A DNA stretch of 39,566 nt from Candidatus Cloacimonas sp. SDB (lineage in GTDB: Bacteria; Cloacimonadota; Cloacimonadia; Cloacimonadales; TCS61): contig LKUH01000174.1 in the NCBI GenBank assembly GCA_001412425.1, positions 1-39,566 of the forward strand. Direction: 5' to 3'. The notes beneath the pieces are model-generated. The model ran no database searches. It was not told the origin of the DNA and was given only the letters and a program-made list of their open reading frames with translations. Both the position numbers and the translations under genes were made by a program. Numbering within the stretch: position 1 is the stretch's first letter; the number at the start of each line of letters is the position of its first letter. Of the stretch, positions 9,101-17,021 are shown in pieces.

Positions 9101-9176
9101 TGGAGCGGGTGACGGGATTCGGACCCGCGACCACCAGCTTGGGAAGCTGATGCTCTACCAGCTGAGCTACACCCGC
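9101..9176 (-). tRNA. tRNA-Gly (anticodon CCC), CCA encoded
   Basis: The reverse complement is GCGGGTG-TA-GCTC-AGCTGGTA-GAGC-A-TCAGC-TTCCCAA-GCTGG-TGGTC-GCGGG-TCCGAAT-CCCGT-CACCCGC-T-CCA. This folds into a full cloverleaf with a 7-bp acceptor stem, anticodon loop TT-CCC-AA and discriminator U. The T-loop reads TCCGAAT, so position 55 is C rather than the usual U. Confidence 0.9.
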
Positions 9177-9291
9177 ATAATTGATAGTATTTTTTCCTGA
9201 TGCCTAAGTGAAATGTCAATAAAAATCGGCGATCAGATTTTGCAAAATTTTGTACTAAAAAAACAGCGAACTACCTCTTTGGAATTTGAAT

Positions 9292-11298
9292 TTATTTCAT
9301 TAGCACCAGTTTTCTGCTCACCTTGTATTGTCCTGATTTTAATCTGCAGAAATAAATACCGGATGAAACCGGGTTACCGGCATCATTCCTGCCATTCCAC
9401 ACTATCTCGATCGTTTCTGTTATCCTCTCTGGAAGTTTATCAAATACTTTCACTTGTTGTCCTTTCAAATTGTAAATAACCAGCTCCGGTTCCTGGCCGG
9501 TTTCAGTCTGTTCGGTGTAACTCCTTTCAAGAGAAGTGATTAGATTAAAAGAAATTGTAGTGTTGGGGTTAAAAGGGTTGGGATAATTTGTAAGTTTTAG
9601 AGGATTATCCGGAATCATTTCCGGATCAGAGTTCACAATAAATGTCAGGTTTTCAAAATAATTAAATGTGCCATTGTAATTACCCAATATCAAATCAAGA
9701 TCGCCGTCATTATCCAGATCGGCTAAAGCCGGAGTTGTGTTCTGCCCTCCGCTTAATCCTGAAACAGGATCAGGATCTTCAACCCAGTTGCCATGATATT
9801 CGGAGAAAAACTGCACTTCACCCCACAGATTACCTGTGATCAGGTCATAATTATTATTGAGAGTGAGATCGCCAATAGTTGGAACACAATTAGTACCGAC
9901 ATCTATACCACCAAAATAATTAACGATCTCTACCCAGTCCGGATCCTCAGGTGTTCCCTGATTTTCAAAATAAAAAAGAATTCCCGCTTCATTTCCAGCT
10001 ATTATATCAAGATCACCGTCGTCGTCCAGGTCAAATAAACGTGGGGCAGACCAGCCTCCCAGAGACACGGAAGCCAGTACATCACTGTGGAAAGTAAAGC
10101 CTGTTCCGTTGTTTTCATGAAAATATAAATTACCGCTGAGATCTCCCACAATTGCATCTGCAAGTCCATTGTTATTTACATCACCCAGGGTTATGGCAGA
10201 ATAAATAGAATGATCAATACCTGAAAAATATCCGCTGTCCTCCGACCAGGCAGGAGAATTGGAAGTTCCGGTATTTTCATAATATTTGATATTACCAAGA
10301 TTGCTGCCGCTCACCAGATCCAGATCACCGTCATTATCAAAGTCATAAAAAACTGGATTACTGGCTCCACCCACATCAATAATACCACCGAATAATTCGG
10401 TATTCGCCAGCCAGTCTGGATTTTCAGGGGTTCCGCCGTTCTCATAATACTGCAAAGGACCTGCAGCATTGCCGAAGATCAGATCAAAAGTGCCATCTCC
10501 ATTAAGATCCGCAATGCCGGGTGAATTCCAGTAAGAATCATTGCCCAGACCTGTTAGAACTGCATTATTTGCCTGCCAGTTGCCATTTTGAGGTGTACCG
10601 GTATTTTCGTAATAGACAAAACCATGGGAATCTCTTCCCACCACAATATCTTCATCACCATCTGCATCCAGATCACAGAAGTGAGGATAGGCATAAAGTC
10701 CCACATCACCGATTACTAACACATCACTTTCCGAAAATTCAGCATTATATTCCGTTCCGATATTGAAATAGATCTTTACGGTTCCGTTCTCACTAAAACC
10801 TGTTACTAAATCAAGATTACCATCACCATCAACATCTGCCAGATCCGGGGCAGGATTCTGTCCTGTACTCAAATTGGAAAAGAAATTATCGATCTGCTGA
10901 AATAATGCTGCTTCAGCCGAACCGATATTTTCATAATAGTTTAAACCGGTATATCCTCCTGATATTAAATCAAGATCGCCGTCATTATCCAGATCTTTAC
11001 ACACGGCCATTTCAGCATCCAGGGAAGAGACCAGGGCGAAAATATCAGGTCCGGGTGCAAATGCCGGAGTAACTGCAGACCCCGTATTTTCAAAGTAAAA
11101 GGGAGCATCGTTGATGCTGCCCAGAATCAAATCCTGATCTCCATCTCCATCCAGATCGGCAAAACGCGGTTGCGAGAAGGAGAGACTGGGCACTCCGCTG
11201 CTGTTGAAAATCGCATCGTTCTGCTGCCAGAGTTGTGCCCTGAGCGCTTGTGTGGTCAGACAAAATAAGATCGGAAAAATAATTTTATAAATATTCAT
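9292..11298 (-). CDS. Secreted FG-GAP/VCBS-repeat beta-propeller protein with T9SS C-terminal sorting domain
   Basis: I chose the ATG at 11298, which has an AAGGAG RBS (ORF-track start 11337). A signal peptide is present. About 10 repeats each pair a Ca-binding DxDxDG loop (DLDGDGDQDLI, DLDNDGDLDLISG, DVDGDGNLDLV and others) with a YYENxGT strand. The last 98 aa (9292-9588) are NYPNPFNPNTTISF...IYNLKGQQV...SSGIYFCRLK. Confidence 0.85.
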   Translation of the reverse strand: MNIYKIIFPILFCLTTQALRAQLWQQNDAIFNSSGVPSLSFSQPRFADLDGDGDQDLILGSINDAPFYFENTGSAVTPAFAPGPDIFALVSSLDAEMAVCKDLDNDGDLDLISGGYTGLNYYENIGSAEAALFQQIDNFFSNLSTGQNPAPDLADVDGDGNLDLVTGFSENGTVKIYFNIGTEYNAEFSESDVLVIGDVGLYAYPHFCDLDADGDEDIVVGRDSHGFVYYENTGTPQNGNWQANNAVLTGLGNDSYWNSPGIADLNGDGTFDLIFGNAAGPLQYYENGGTPENPDWLANTELFGGIIDVGGASNPVFYDFDNDGDLDLVSGSNLGNIKYYENTGTSNSPAWSEDSGYFSGIDHSIYSAITLGDVNNNGLADAIVGDLSGNLYFHENNGTGFTFHSDVLASVSLGGWSAPRLFDLDDDGDLDIIAGNEAGILFYFENQGTPEDPDWVEIVNYFGGIDVGTNCVPTIGDLTLNNNYDLITGNLWGEVQFFSEYHGNWVEDPDPVSGLSGGQNTTPALADLDNDGDLDLILGNYNGTFNYFENLTFIVNSDPEMIPDNPLKLTNYPNPFNPNTTISFNLITSLERSYTEQTETGQEPELVIYNLKGQQVKVFDKLPERITETIEIVWNGRNDAGNPVSSGIYFCRLKSGQYKVSRKLVLMK

Positions 11299-11347
11299 GT
11301 TTTTACTCCTTGATTTTAGACATATTTTTTTTCTCACAGAAAAATCG

Positions 11348-14089
11348 TTATCTCAGAAGAACCATTTTCCTGGTTAGCTCCTGCTTAGCAGTTTTCATTC
11401 GACAAAGATAGACACCTGATGAAACCGGGTTACCGGACTCATCCGTACCATCCCAAATTACTTCGATCGTTTCTGAAATTCCCTTTTGAATCAGATCATA
11501 TCCTTTTACTTTTTGCCCTTTCAAATTGTAAATAATCAGCTTCAGATCTTTAGAATTATCAAACTGATCAGTGTAAAGCTGACTATAACCAGCTGGCAGA
11601 TGGACAGATATAGTGGTAGATGGGTTAAAGGGATTGGGATAATTAGCCAGCTGCAGGCTGATATTCGGCATATCCTGATTTTCAGTGGAATTTATGGCTT
11701 CTGCCCTGATGGTAACCATCAATTCATCGTTTGCTGGTATATCAGTTCTAACATAGATCACCTGGGGATCCAGAAAACTATTGATCTGTTCAATTTCGCC
11801 ATTAATGACTTCATATTCAAATTCTCCGGCGGGGAGCAGAAACTTGATCCTGGCATTATTAAAAGTTTGTGGATGCTGATTATTTATGATCGCTGTTACA
11901 CTGTCTGCCGTACCCTCGTTATCGGGGAAAAATTCGATCTCCAGATTTTCGCCGTACCAGCCCGCCGAAATTGTCTGTTGCGGATAAATAATGTCATTTT
12001 CCACCTTAATGATCCGGTAAGCCCTTTCACCGTCGCAGGTTGATTCTGTAGCCAGGTTGAAGGGTGGGTTAAAAATACTACCACTGTTGGAATGAATATG
12101 CCCGTATAACGCCAGGTCAATACCCATTTCTTCAAGTTCTATCTGTTCCGAAAAATCCATATGATAGAACAGAATGCGCAAATCACTGTCAGCAGAATTG
12201 GCAATTTGATTTTGCAGCCATTGCATTTGACCTGCAGTAAAGCTTTCATACCCATAAATATCATACATGTATTCATCATAATTGAGGTAAGCTTCCATTC
12301 CCATAAAAAAGGCATTTCCGTAATTGAAACTGTAATTCTGAGTATAATAAGGTTCAGCTGCAGGCGGATTTTGCAACCAGTTCCAGCCAAAGAATCTCCA
12401 CCAGTTCCTGCGAGCTGTTCCCTGAGGAGGAGGAGATGCCTGCCAGCCGCCCAGATCGTGATTTCCAGCAACCAGATAGATCGGGACTTCAAACTCTGTT
12501 AAAAGCTGCTGAGCTTTCGTGTAAACTCTTCTATTCTCAAAATCCTCCATTTCACCTTCATTGACCAGATCGCCGGTGATAAGCACAAATTCCGGATTGA
12601 TCAAATTTATATCTGCAATCACTTCACGCAGATCTTCCATTTCGGAAGTATCGGTGAGAGACTCCGGATCCGGATAGTAAATATGAGTGGGAAGATGACT
12701 GTCGGTTATGTGAATGAAAGAATATTCTTCTTCATATTGCGGTATGATGAGAACAGCATTTTCAGTAGTATCTGTTTCCAGGTTGGAAGCCCCTACGGTA
12801 AGGTCATAAAGTTCGAATAATTGCGGTCCGGGTGCAGTTACATTATGAAACCAGCGCTGCAGTTCGCTATTGTAATTACTGCTGAAAATTGGCAACTCCA
12901 GACTAAAATCACCAAAATTCAACTCAGCAAACCAGCCGGCAGTGGACTCATCAGCCAGACATTGGATCGTAAATTCTGCACCCGGAGTAACGATTTCCGG
13001 TATGTTCAGTAAAGGTTTTTGGATTACGGTTAAAGTATCTCCTATCGGTACCGCTTCGGTCTGAATGAAGATCTGACCAAGAGAATAATAAACTATTTCA
13101 GTTTCATTGATCACAAATTCAGAAAATTCCAGTCCTGCTTCCCCGCAGGAAATTCCGGAAAAATTGAGTTTCAGAAGATCCTGTTTTCCTGAAAAAGAGA
13201 AATTGCCTGAAAAACTAAGTTCAATAACTCCAGCAACTGAATCGTCTAAAGAAATTTCACCATTCTCGGATAACGTGTTTTCCACATCATAATGACTGAA
13301 CAGCAGGATATCGTTATTATATTCCAGCCTGAAATGATAATTGTCCACCTGCTGGACTTGACCAAAATAAGTCAGTTCAACCGGAATAGCAAATACTTCT
13401 GAAGAAATTATATGTTCCTGAGCAATAGAAATGATATAGCCATTTTCTGCAGATTGCAGATCATCAAGAAAACGGGGATGCAGCTGATATTCCTGCCAGG
13501 AATATGATACTATGCCGCGGATGTGGGAAAACAGGTAATTCTGGATTATGGGAATGCCTTCTGCAGCGAGATCGATGAACCCGTTACTGATCACACAAGT
13601 TCCGGAACCGTCATCAATCTGCCAGTAGCCCCATTCATCAAATCCGGTACTTACCATAACATCGGAGAGTTCAACTAAAACACTCTCATAAGCCTCTTCG
13701 TTAGAAACTTCCCAGCTGGAAACCGCAGTATATTCTGGAAGTGGATTTCCTGAGCTTACTATTTCCAGCGAAAAGATGGGGCTCAGCTCAGTGAATCCGT
13801 AATATTCATAGACCTGACCGGTTAGAACCACGCTATCTCCGATTGCCGGCTCATAATCATTGTTATAGATATAGATTCCATTCCAGGGTCCTCCAGCCGA
13901 AGATTCAATAAAAAATCTGCCATTGCTGAAATCCGTTCCGGTAACTATCCCACCCGTTGTAACAGTTTGTCCTTCATAATTAGAAGGATATGTGCCGTCA
14001 CCTGAATTTGTAGTGAATTGAATATCAAAAATGCTGATTGCATGTAGTAATGCTGACACACAAAAAAGGCTGATGGTTAATAACCTCAT
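11348..14089 (-). CDS. Secreted multidomain calcineurin-like metallophosphoesterase with nuclease-type OB-like N-domain, cohesin-like domain and T9SS C-terminal domain
   Basis: ATG 14089 has an AGGAG 5 nt upstream; the ORF-track start at 14092 is a TTG one codon earlier. After the signal peptide comes an N-domain, IFDIQ...YEGQTVTTGGIVTG...FFIES...GIYIY...IGDSVVLTGQVYEYYGFTEL, like the N-domain of ExeM/NucH-type extracellular nucleases. The phosphoesterase motifs are HITDSHL, TGDLVNEG, GNHD and GHIH. The last 98 aa (11348-11644) form a T9SS CTD. Confidence 0.85.
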   Translation of the reverse strand: MRLLTISLFCVSALLHAISIFDIQFTTNSGDGTYPSNYEGQTVTTGGIVTGTDFSNGRFFIESSAGGPWNGIYIYNNDYEPAIGDSVVLTGQVYEYYGFTELSPIFSLEIVSSGNPLPEYTAVSSWEVSNEEAYESVLVELSDVMVSTGFDEWGYWQIDDGSGTCVISNGFIDLAAEGIPIIQNYLFSHIRGIVSYSWQEYQLHPRFLDDLQSAENGYIISIAQEHIISSEVFAIPVELTYFGQVQQVDNYHFRLEYNNDILLFSHYDVENTLSENGEISLDDSVAGVIELSFSGNFSFSGKQDLLKLNFSGISCGEAGLEFSEFVINETEIVYYSLGQIFIQTEAVPIGDTLTVIQKPLLNIPEIVTPGAEFTIQCLADESTAGWFAELNFGDFSLELPIFSSNYNSELQRWFHNVTAPGPQLFELYDLTVGASNLETDTTENAVLIIPQYEEEYSFIHITDSHLPTHIYYPDPESLTDTSEMEDLREVIADINLINPEFVLITGDLVNEGEMEDFENRRVYTKAQQLLTEFEVPIYLVAGNHDLGGWQASPPPQGTARRNWWRFFGWNWLQNPPAAEPYYTQNYSFNYGNAFFMGMEAYLNYDEYMYDIYGYESFTAGQMQWLQNQIANSADSDLRILFYHMDFSEQIELEEMGIDLALYGHIHSNSGSIFNPPFNLATESTCDGERAYRIIKVENDIIYPQQTISAGWYGENLEIEFFPDNEGTADSVTAIINNQHPQTFNNARIKFLLPAGEFEYEVINGEIEQINSFLDPQVIYVRTDIPANDELMVTIRAEAINSTENQDMPNISLQLANYPNPFNPSTTISVHLPAGYSQLYTDQFDNSKDLKLIIYNLKGQKVKGYDLIQKGISETIEVIWDGTDESGNPVSSGVYLCRMKTAKQELTRKMVLLR

Positions 14090-14148
14090 CAATTCTCCTG
14101 TTCAATTTTCAGACTAAATTCATCTGGCCCATCTATTTGTAAAGATTT

Positions 14149-14165
14149 TAGCAAAATTATTCCCT
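14149..14165 (-). promoter_or_regulatory. Candidate sigma-54 (-24/-12) promoter for the minus-strand phosphoesterase/FG-GAP operon
   Basis: The minus strand reads aGGGAA-TAATT-TTGCT, against the consensus TGGCAC-N5-TTGCW. The GG and GC dinucleotides are correctly spaced and 8 of 11 consensus positions match. The site lies about 50 nt upstream of ATG 14089. The -24 hexamer is a weak match. Confidence 0.3.
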
Positions 14166-14226
14166 CTGAGAACAAATTCTGCCTCTGAAAATTTCAGATT
14201 TTAAGATTGCTTCATATGTAAACTGC

Positions 14227-14253
14227 TTGACATAAGTCAGAACCAGATAAAAT
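14227..14253 (+). promoter_or_regulatory. Candidate sigma-70-type promoter of the NtrC-type regulator gene
   Basis: TTGACA (14227-14232), a 15-nt spacer, then TAAAAT (14248-14253), about 85 nt upstream of ATG 14338. The spacer is shorter than optimal. Confidence 0.35.
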
Positions 14254-14254
14254 G

Positions 14255-14271
14255 TGTGTAATGATTACACA
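14255..14271. promoter_or_regulatory. Perfect 17-bp palindrome TGTGTAA-TGA-TTACACA (candidate activator binding site / operator)
   Basis: This is a perfect 7-N3-7 inverted repeat, the same architecture as enterobacterial NtrC sites. It starts 2 nt after the candidate -10 of the regulator gene. Its centre is about 120 bp upstream of the predicted start point of the divergent candidate sigma-54 promoter. Confidence 0.4.
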
Positions 14272-14337
14272 AATAGTTCTCAAAGTTGATCAAATGGTTT
14301 TATTGGGAAGACTTTAGATTTGCAGAAGGAAGCTGAA

Positions 14338-15675
14338 ATGGATAAGATCCTGATTATTGAAGATGACAAAGTGATGAATAATCTTTTAACCGGATGGTTG
14401 AGAAATAATAATTTTTCGGTTGAATCTTCGGTTAACGGCACAAATGGTATAAATAAGGTAAAAACCTTTAAACCGGATATTTTGATTCTGGATGTTGACC
14501 TTCCCGATCTAAACGGTTTTGAAGTACTTAAAAGAGTTTCCAGTATAGATCAGGAACTGGTCACAATTATGATAACCGGTTTCGGTAATGTGAAAGATGC
14601 GGTAACCGCGATGAAAATGGGTGCTTTGAATTATGTTTCCAAACCTTTTAATAATGAGGAGTTGCTGCTCATCATCAATAGGGGGCTTAACAATAAAAAA
14701 CTGCAGAACAGAGTGCATTATCTGGAAAATAAGTTATCGATTAAGGACGATTTTCTGATCGGAAATTGCGAAGCAACCCAGAAAATGCTGGAACTTGTAG
14801 AGATTGTCGCTCCCACAGATGTCTCAGTTATTCTGTCAGGCAGGAGTGGTACCGGCAAGGAACTTCTGGCTCGAATGATTCACGATATGAGCAACAGAAA
14901 GCACAGATCTTTTCTCGCGGTTGACTGTGGTGCAATTCCGGATACTTTAAGAGAAAATGAGCTGTTCGGGCATGGTAAGGAAGCTTTCACGGGAGCCCGA
15001 ACTGCCTGTAAAGGTAAATTCGAGATAGCGGAGGGTGGAACACTTTTCCTGGATGAGATCGGAAATTTACCATTATCAGCTCAAATTACACTTTTACGGG
15101 TTCTGCAGGAAAAACAGATTGTCAGAATCGGCGATCATAAACCCATAAATATTGATATCAGAATAATTACCGCAACTAATGTAAATCTGGAAGAGCAGAT
15201 TAAAAAAGGATTGTTCCGCGAAGATCTGTTTTTCAGACTGAATGAATTCATCATTGATATACCCACTTTAACCGAAAGAAAGGAAGATATTCCTTTATTA
15301 GCACAACATTTTTTGGATCAGGCAAATTCCACATTCAATAAGAAGATCAAATCAATTTCTCCCGAGGCAATCAGATCTATGCAGAATTATAACTGGCCGG
15401 GAAATGTACGTCAGCTGAAAAATCTAATCTACAGAACCGCTTTAGTGACTGCTAAAGATATTTTAGAAGAAAGTGATTTCGAATTTCCTGATCTTGCGGA
15501 TGATGACTTTGAGATAGAAGATCTTGACCTGGTTAGAATGAGGCGCCAGCTGGAAATAAAAATGATCAAAAAAGCATTGCATAAATTTAAATTTAATAAG
15601 TCAAAAACTGCTTCAGCTTTAGGAATATCCAGAAAATCCCTTTATTCCAAGATCCTGGATTATAATTTAGAATAA
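14338..15675 (+). CDS. Sigma-54-dependent response regulator (NtrC family: receiver + AAA+ + Fis-type HTH)
   Basis: I chose ATG 14338, after GAAGGAAG (ORF-track TTG at 14320). The receiver domain shows ILIIEDD and [16 protein letters not shown]. The AAA+ domain shows Walker A GRSGTGKE, the sigma-54 contact loop [13 protein letters not shown], Walker [10 protein letters not shown] and [10 protein letters not shown]. The C-terminal HTH is [19 protein letters not shown]. Confidence 0.9.
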   Translation: MDKILIIEDDKVMNNLLTGWLRNNNFSVESSVNGTNGINKVKTFKPDILILDVDLPDLNGFEVLKRVSSIDQELVTIMITGFGNVKDAVTAMKMGALNYVSKPFNNEELLLIINRGLNNKKLQNRVHYLENKLSIKDDFLIGNCEATQKMLELVEIVAPTDVSVILSGRSGTGKELLARMIHDMSNRKHRSFLAVDCGAIPDTLRENELFGHGKEAFTGARTACKGKFEIAEGGTLFLDEIGNLPLSAQITLLRVLQEKQIVRIGDHKPINIDIRIITATNVNLEEQIKKGLFREDLFFRLNEFIIDIPTLTERKEDIPLLAQHFLDQANSTFNKKIKSISPEAIRSMQNYNWPGNVRQLKNLIYRTALVTAKDILEESDFEFPDLADDDFEIEDLDLVRMRRQLEIKMIKKALHKFKFNKSKTASALGISRKSLYSKILDYNLE

Positions 15676-15696
15676 TCCTGCTTAATATTTCCACAT

Positions 15697-15715
15697 GATG
15701 TAACATTTTTACACA
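15697..15715. promoter_or_regulatory. Degenerate second copy of the palindrome (GATGTAA-N5-TTACACA)
   Basis: The right half-site TTACACA is identical to the one at 14265-14271. The left half matches 5 of 7 positions. The spacer is 5 nt rather than 3. The site lies about 120 bp upstream of the candidate -24 element at 15836. Confidence 0.2.
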
Positions 15716-15835
15716 CTTTTCTGTTGTATTTGATTCTATATTTAGTCTAATCCTAATTTTTAAATGCTAATTATTTTTTCTAATTAACCATAACAAAATG
15801 AATTACAGCTTACTTCCCGGATTAAATTTCATTTC

Positions 15836-15850
15836 TGGTGCAAAAATTGT
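15836..15850 (+). promoter_or_regulatory. Candidate sigma-54 (-24/-12) promoter upstream of the receiver-protein genes
   Basis: TGGTGC-AAAAA-TTGT against TGGCAC-N5-TTGC. The GG is correctly spaced, but the normally conserved C of the -12 GC is a T. The site is 43 nt upstream of ATG 15893. Confidence 0.25.
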
Positions 15851-15892
15851 TATTACCTTTTTCAATTGAAACTTGGAGTTAAAGGAATTAAG

Positions 15893-16303
15893 ATGTGCAG
15901 CAGTTTAAGAATAATGATAATTGAAGATGAAGCTATTATAGCTTTAGGCTTGAAGAAATCCTTAACAGATCTGGGGCACCATGTTCAGTCCATGGTCGGT
16001 TCAGGTCAAGAAGCTCTGGAATTGATCAGTAAAGTTCAGCCTGATCTTATTTTTATCGATATCAAACTTCCCGGAGAATTAAATGGAATTGAAACAGCAC
16101 ATTTTATCAATGAAAATTACAAGATCCCGATTATAATCTGTACCGGCTGCAGCAGCAGAGAAGTATTGGATAATTGCAAAAAATGCAATTCCAGTGGTAT
16201 TCTGTTCAAACCATATAATGATAACCTGCTGGCTGATGAAATAAAATCAGCGGTTTCCAAATATAAGAATAATAATTTAAAAACAGAGACATATAAGAGG
16301 TGA
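15893..16303 (+). CDS. Stand-alone response-regulator receiver protein (CheY-like)
   Basis: The canonical receiver residues are all present: IMIIEDE (acidic pair), LIFIDIKLPG (phospho-acceptor Asp), IIICTG and LFKPY (Lys). There is no output domain. I chose the ATG at 15893 (ORF-track TTG at 15866). Confidence 0.85.
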   Translation: MCSSLRIMIIEDEAIIALGLKKSLTDLGHHVQSMVGSGQEALELISKVQPDLIFIDIKLPGELNGIETAHFINENYKIPIIICTGCSSREVLDNCKKCNSSGILFKPYNDNLLADEIKSAVSKYKNNNLKTETYKR

Positions 16304-16304
16304 A

Positions 16305-16658
16305 ATGAGGACTTTATTAGCTGTTTCAAATAAAAACCTGAAAGTTGCGATCCAAGCTGATCTTAATGGTAAATCTATCGAAGTAGATTCGGTTTCAACT
16401 GCTTTAGATGCCTATCACTGTTTAAATCGTCATGAGTATAATATAGCCATCATCGATCACGACCTTCCTGATCTGGATGGTCTTTTGATGGCCAACTGGC
16501 TAAAACAAGAAGATAAAGATATTAAAATCATTCTGATATCTTCAAAAAATTCCGCTGATTTAGCACAAAAGGCAGAATCGCTTAATGTAATCCACTTTAA
16601 CAAATGTGAATGCAAAGAAGGAATTTTCCGAAAGCTGGTAGAGAAAGACCTTATTTGA
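16305..16658 (+). CDS. Atypical stand-alone receiver-domain protein (degenerate acidic pocket)
   Basis: The ATG lies 1 nt after the upstream TGA (GGTGAAATG). The acceptor Asp context is kept (IAIIDHDLPDLDG), as are ILISS and FNK. The beta1 acidic pair is replaced by Ser-Asn (LLAVSNKN). Confidence 0.7.
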   Translation: MRTLLAVSNKNLKVAIQADLNGKSIEVDSVSTALDAYHCLNRHEYNIAIIDHDLPDLDGLLMANWLKQEDKDIKIILISSKNSADLAQKAESLNVIHFNKCECKEGIFRKLVEKDLI

Positions 16659-16661
16659 TTT

Positions 16662-16889
16662 ATGTTTTCCGGTTTTGTCTATCTGAAAGAACATAATATC
16701 TTGCTGATTACCCGTAAAAAGGAATCTGCTTTTCCCAATAATCCCACCAGAAACGATATCCTTGAACTGATAGAGAAAAACAGGCTTTTTAAACTTATTC
16801 TGGATTACAGGGATCCGGATTTTGCCTTGACTAAAAAGGATATTGTCGCTTTCTCCAAATATTTCCAACAATCAGGTGATGCTTTCTAA
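16662..16889 (+). CDS. Hypothetical 75-aa protein, operonic with the receiver genes
   Basis: The ATG lies 3 nt after the upstream stop and the gene is on the same strand. I recognise no motif, so support comes from position alone. Confidence 0.4.
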   Translation: MFSGFVYLKEHNILLITRKKESAFPNNPTRNDILELIEKNRLFKLILDYRDPDFALTKKDIVAFSKYFQQSGDAF

Positions 16890-17021
16890 ATGTTCCTTTT
16901 AAGCGTTTCCCATTTGATCAATTTCCAGCCTTAACTAATTTTTCTGTTCAAAGAAATTAGAAATTGCTTTACATAAATTATAAATTTAGAGCTCTTTATA
17001 CTAATTTAATCAGGAGGTGAT

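Noticed and set aside
9000-9291. The tRNA-Gly flanks, considered as a possible genomic-island integration site.
   Set aside because: No integrase, direct repeat of the tRNA 3' end or compositional break is visible. The neighbouring genes are ordinary chromosomal genes.
9600-11200. Periodic repeats in the DNA of the FG-GAP gene, considered as a possible repeat array or CRISPR-like structure.
   Set aside because: The periodicity is about 190-210 nt and corresponds to protein-level FG-GAP/DxDxDG blades in one continuous ORF. There are no short, identical direct repeats separated by unique spacers.
15798-15869. A 23-codon upstream ORF (MNYSLLPGLNFISGAKIVITFFN) in the leader of the receiver genes.
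   Set aside because: It has no RBS and overlaps the candidate promoter. An ORF of this length is expected by chance in AT-rich intergenic DNA.
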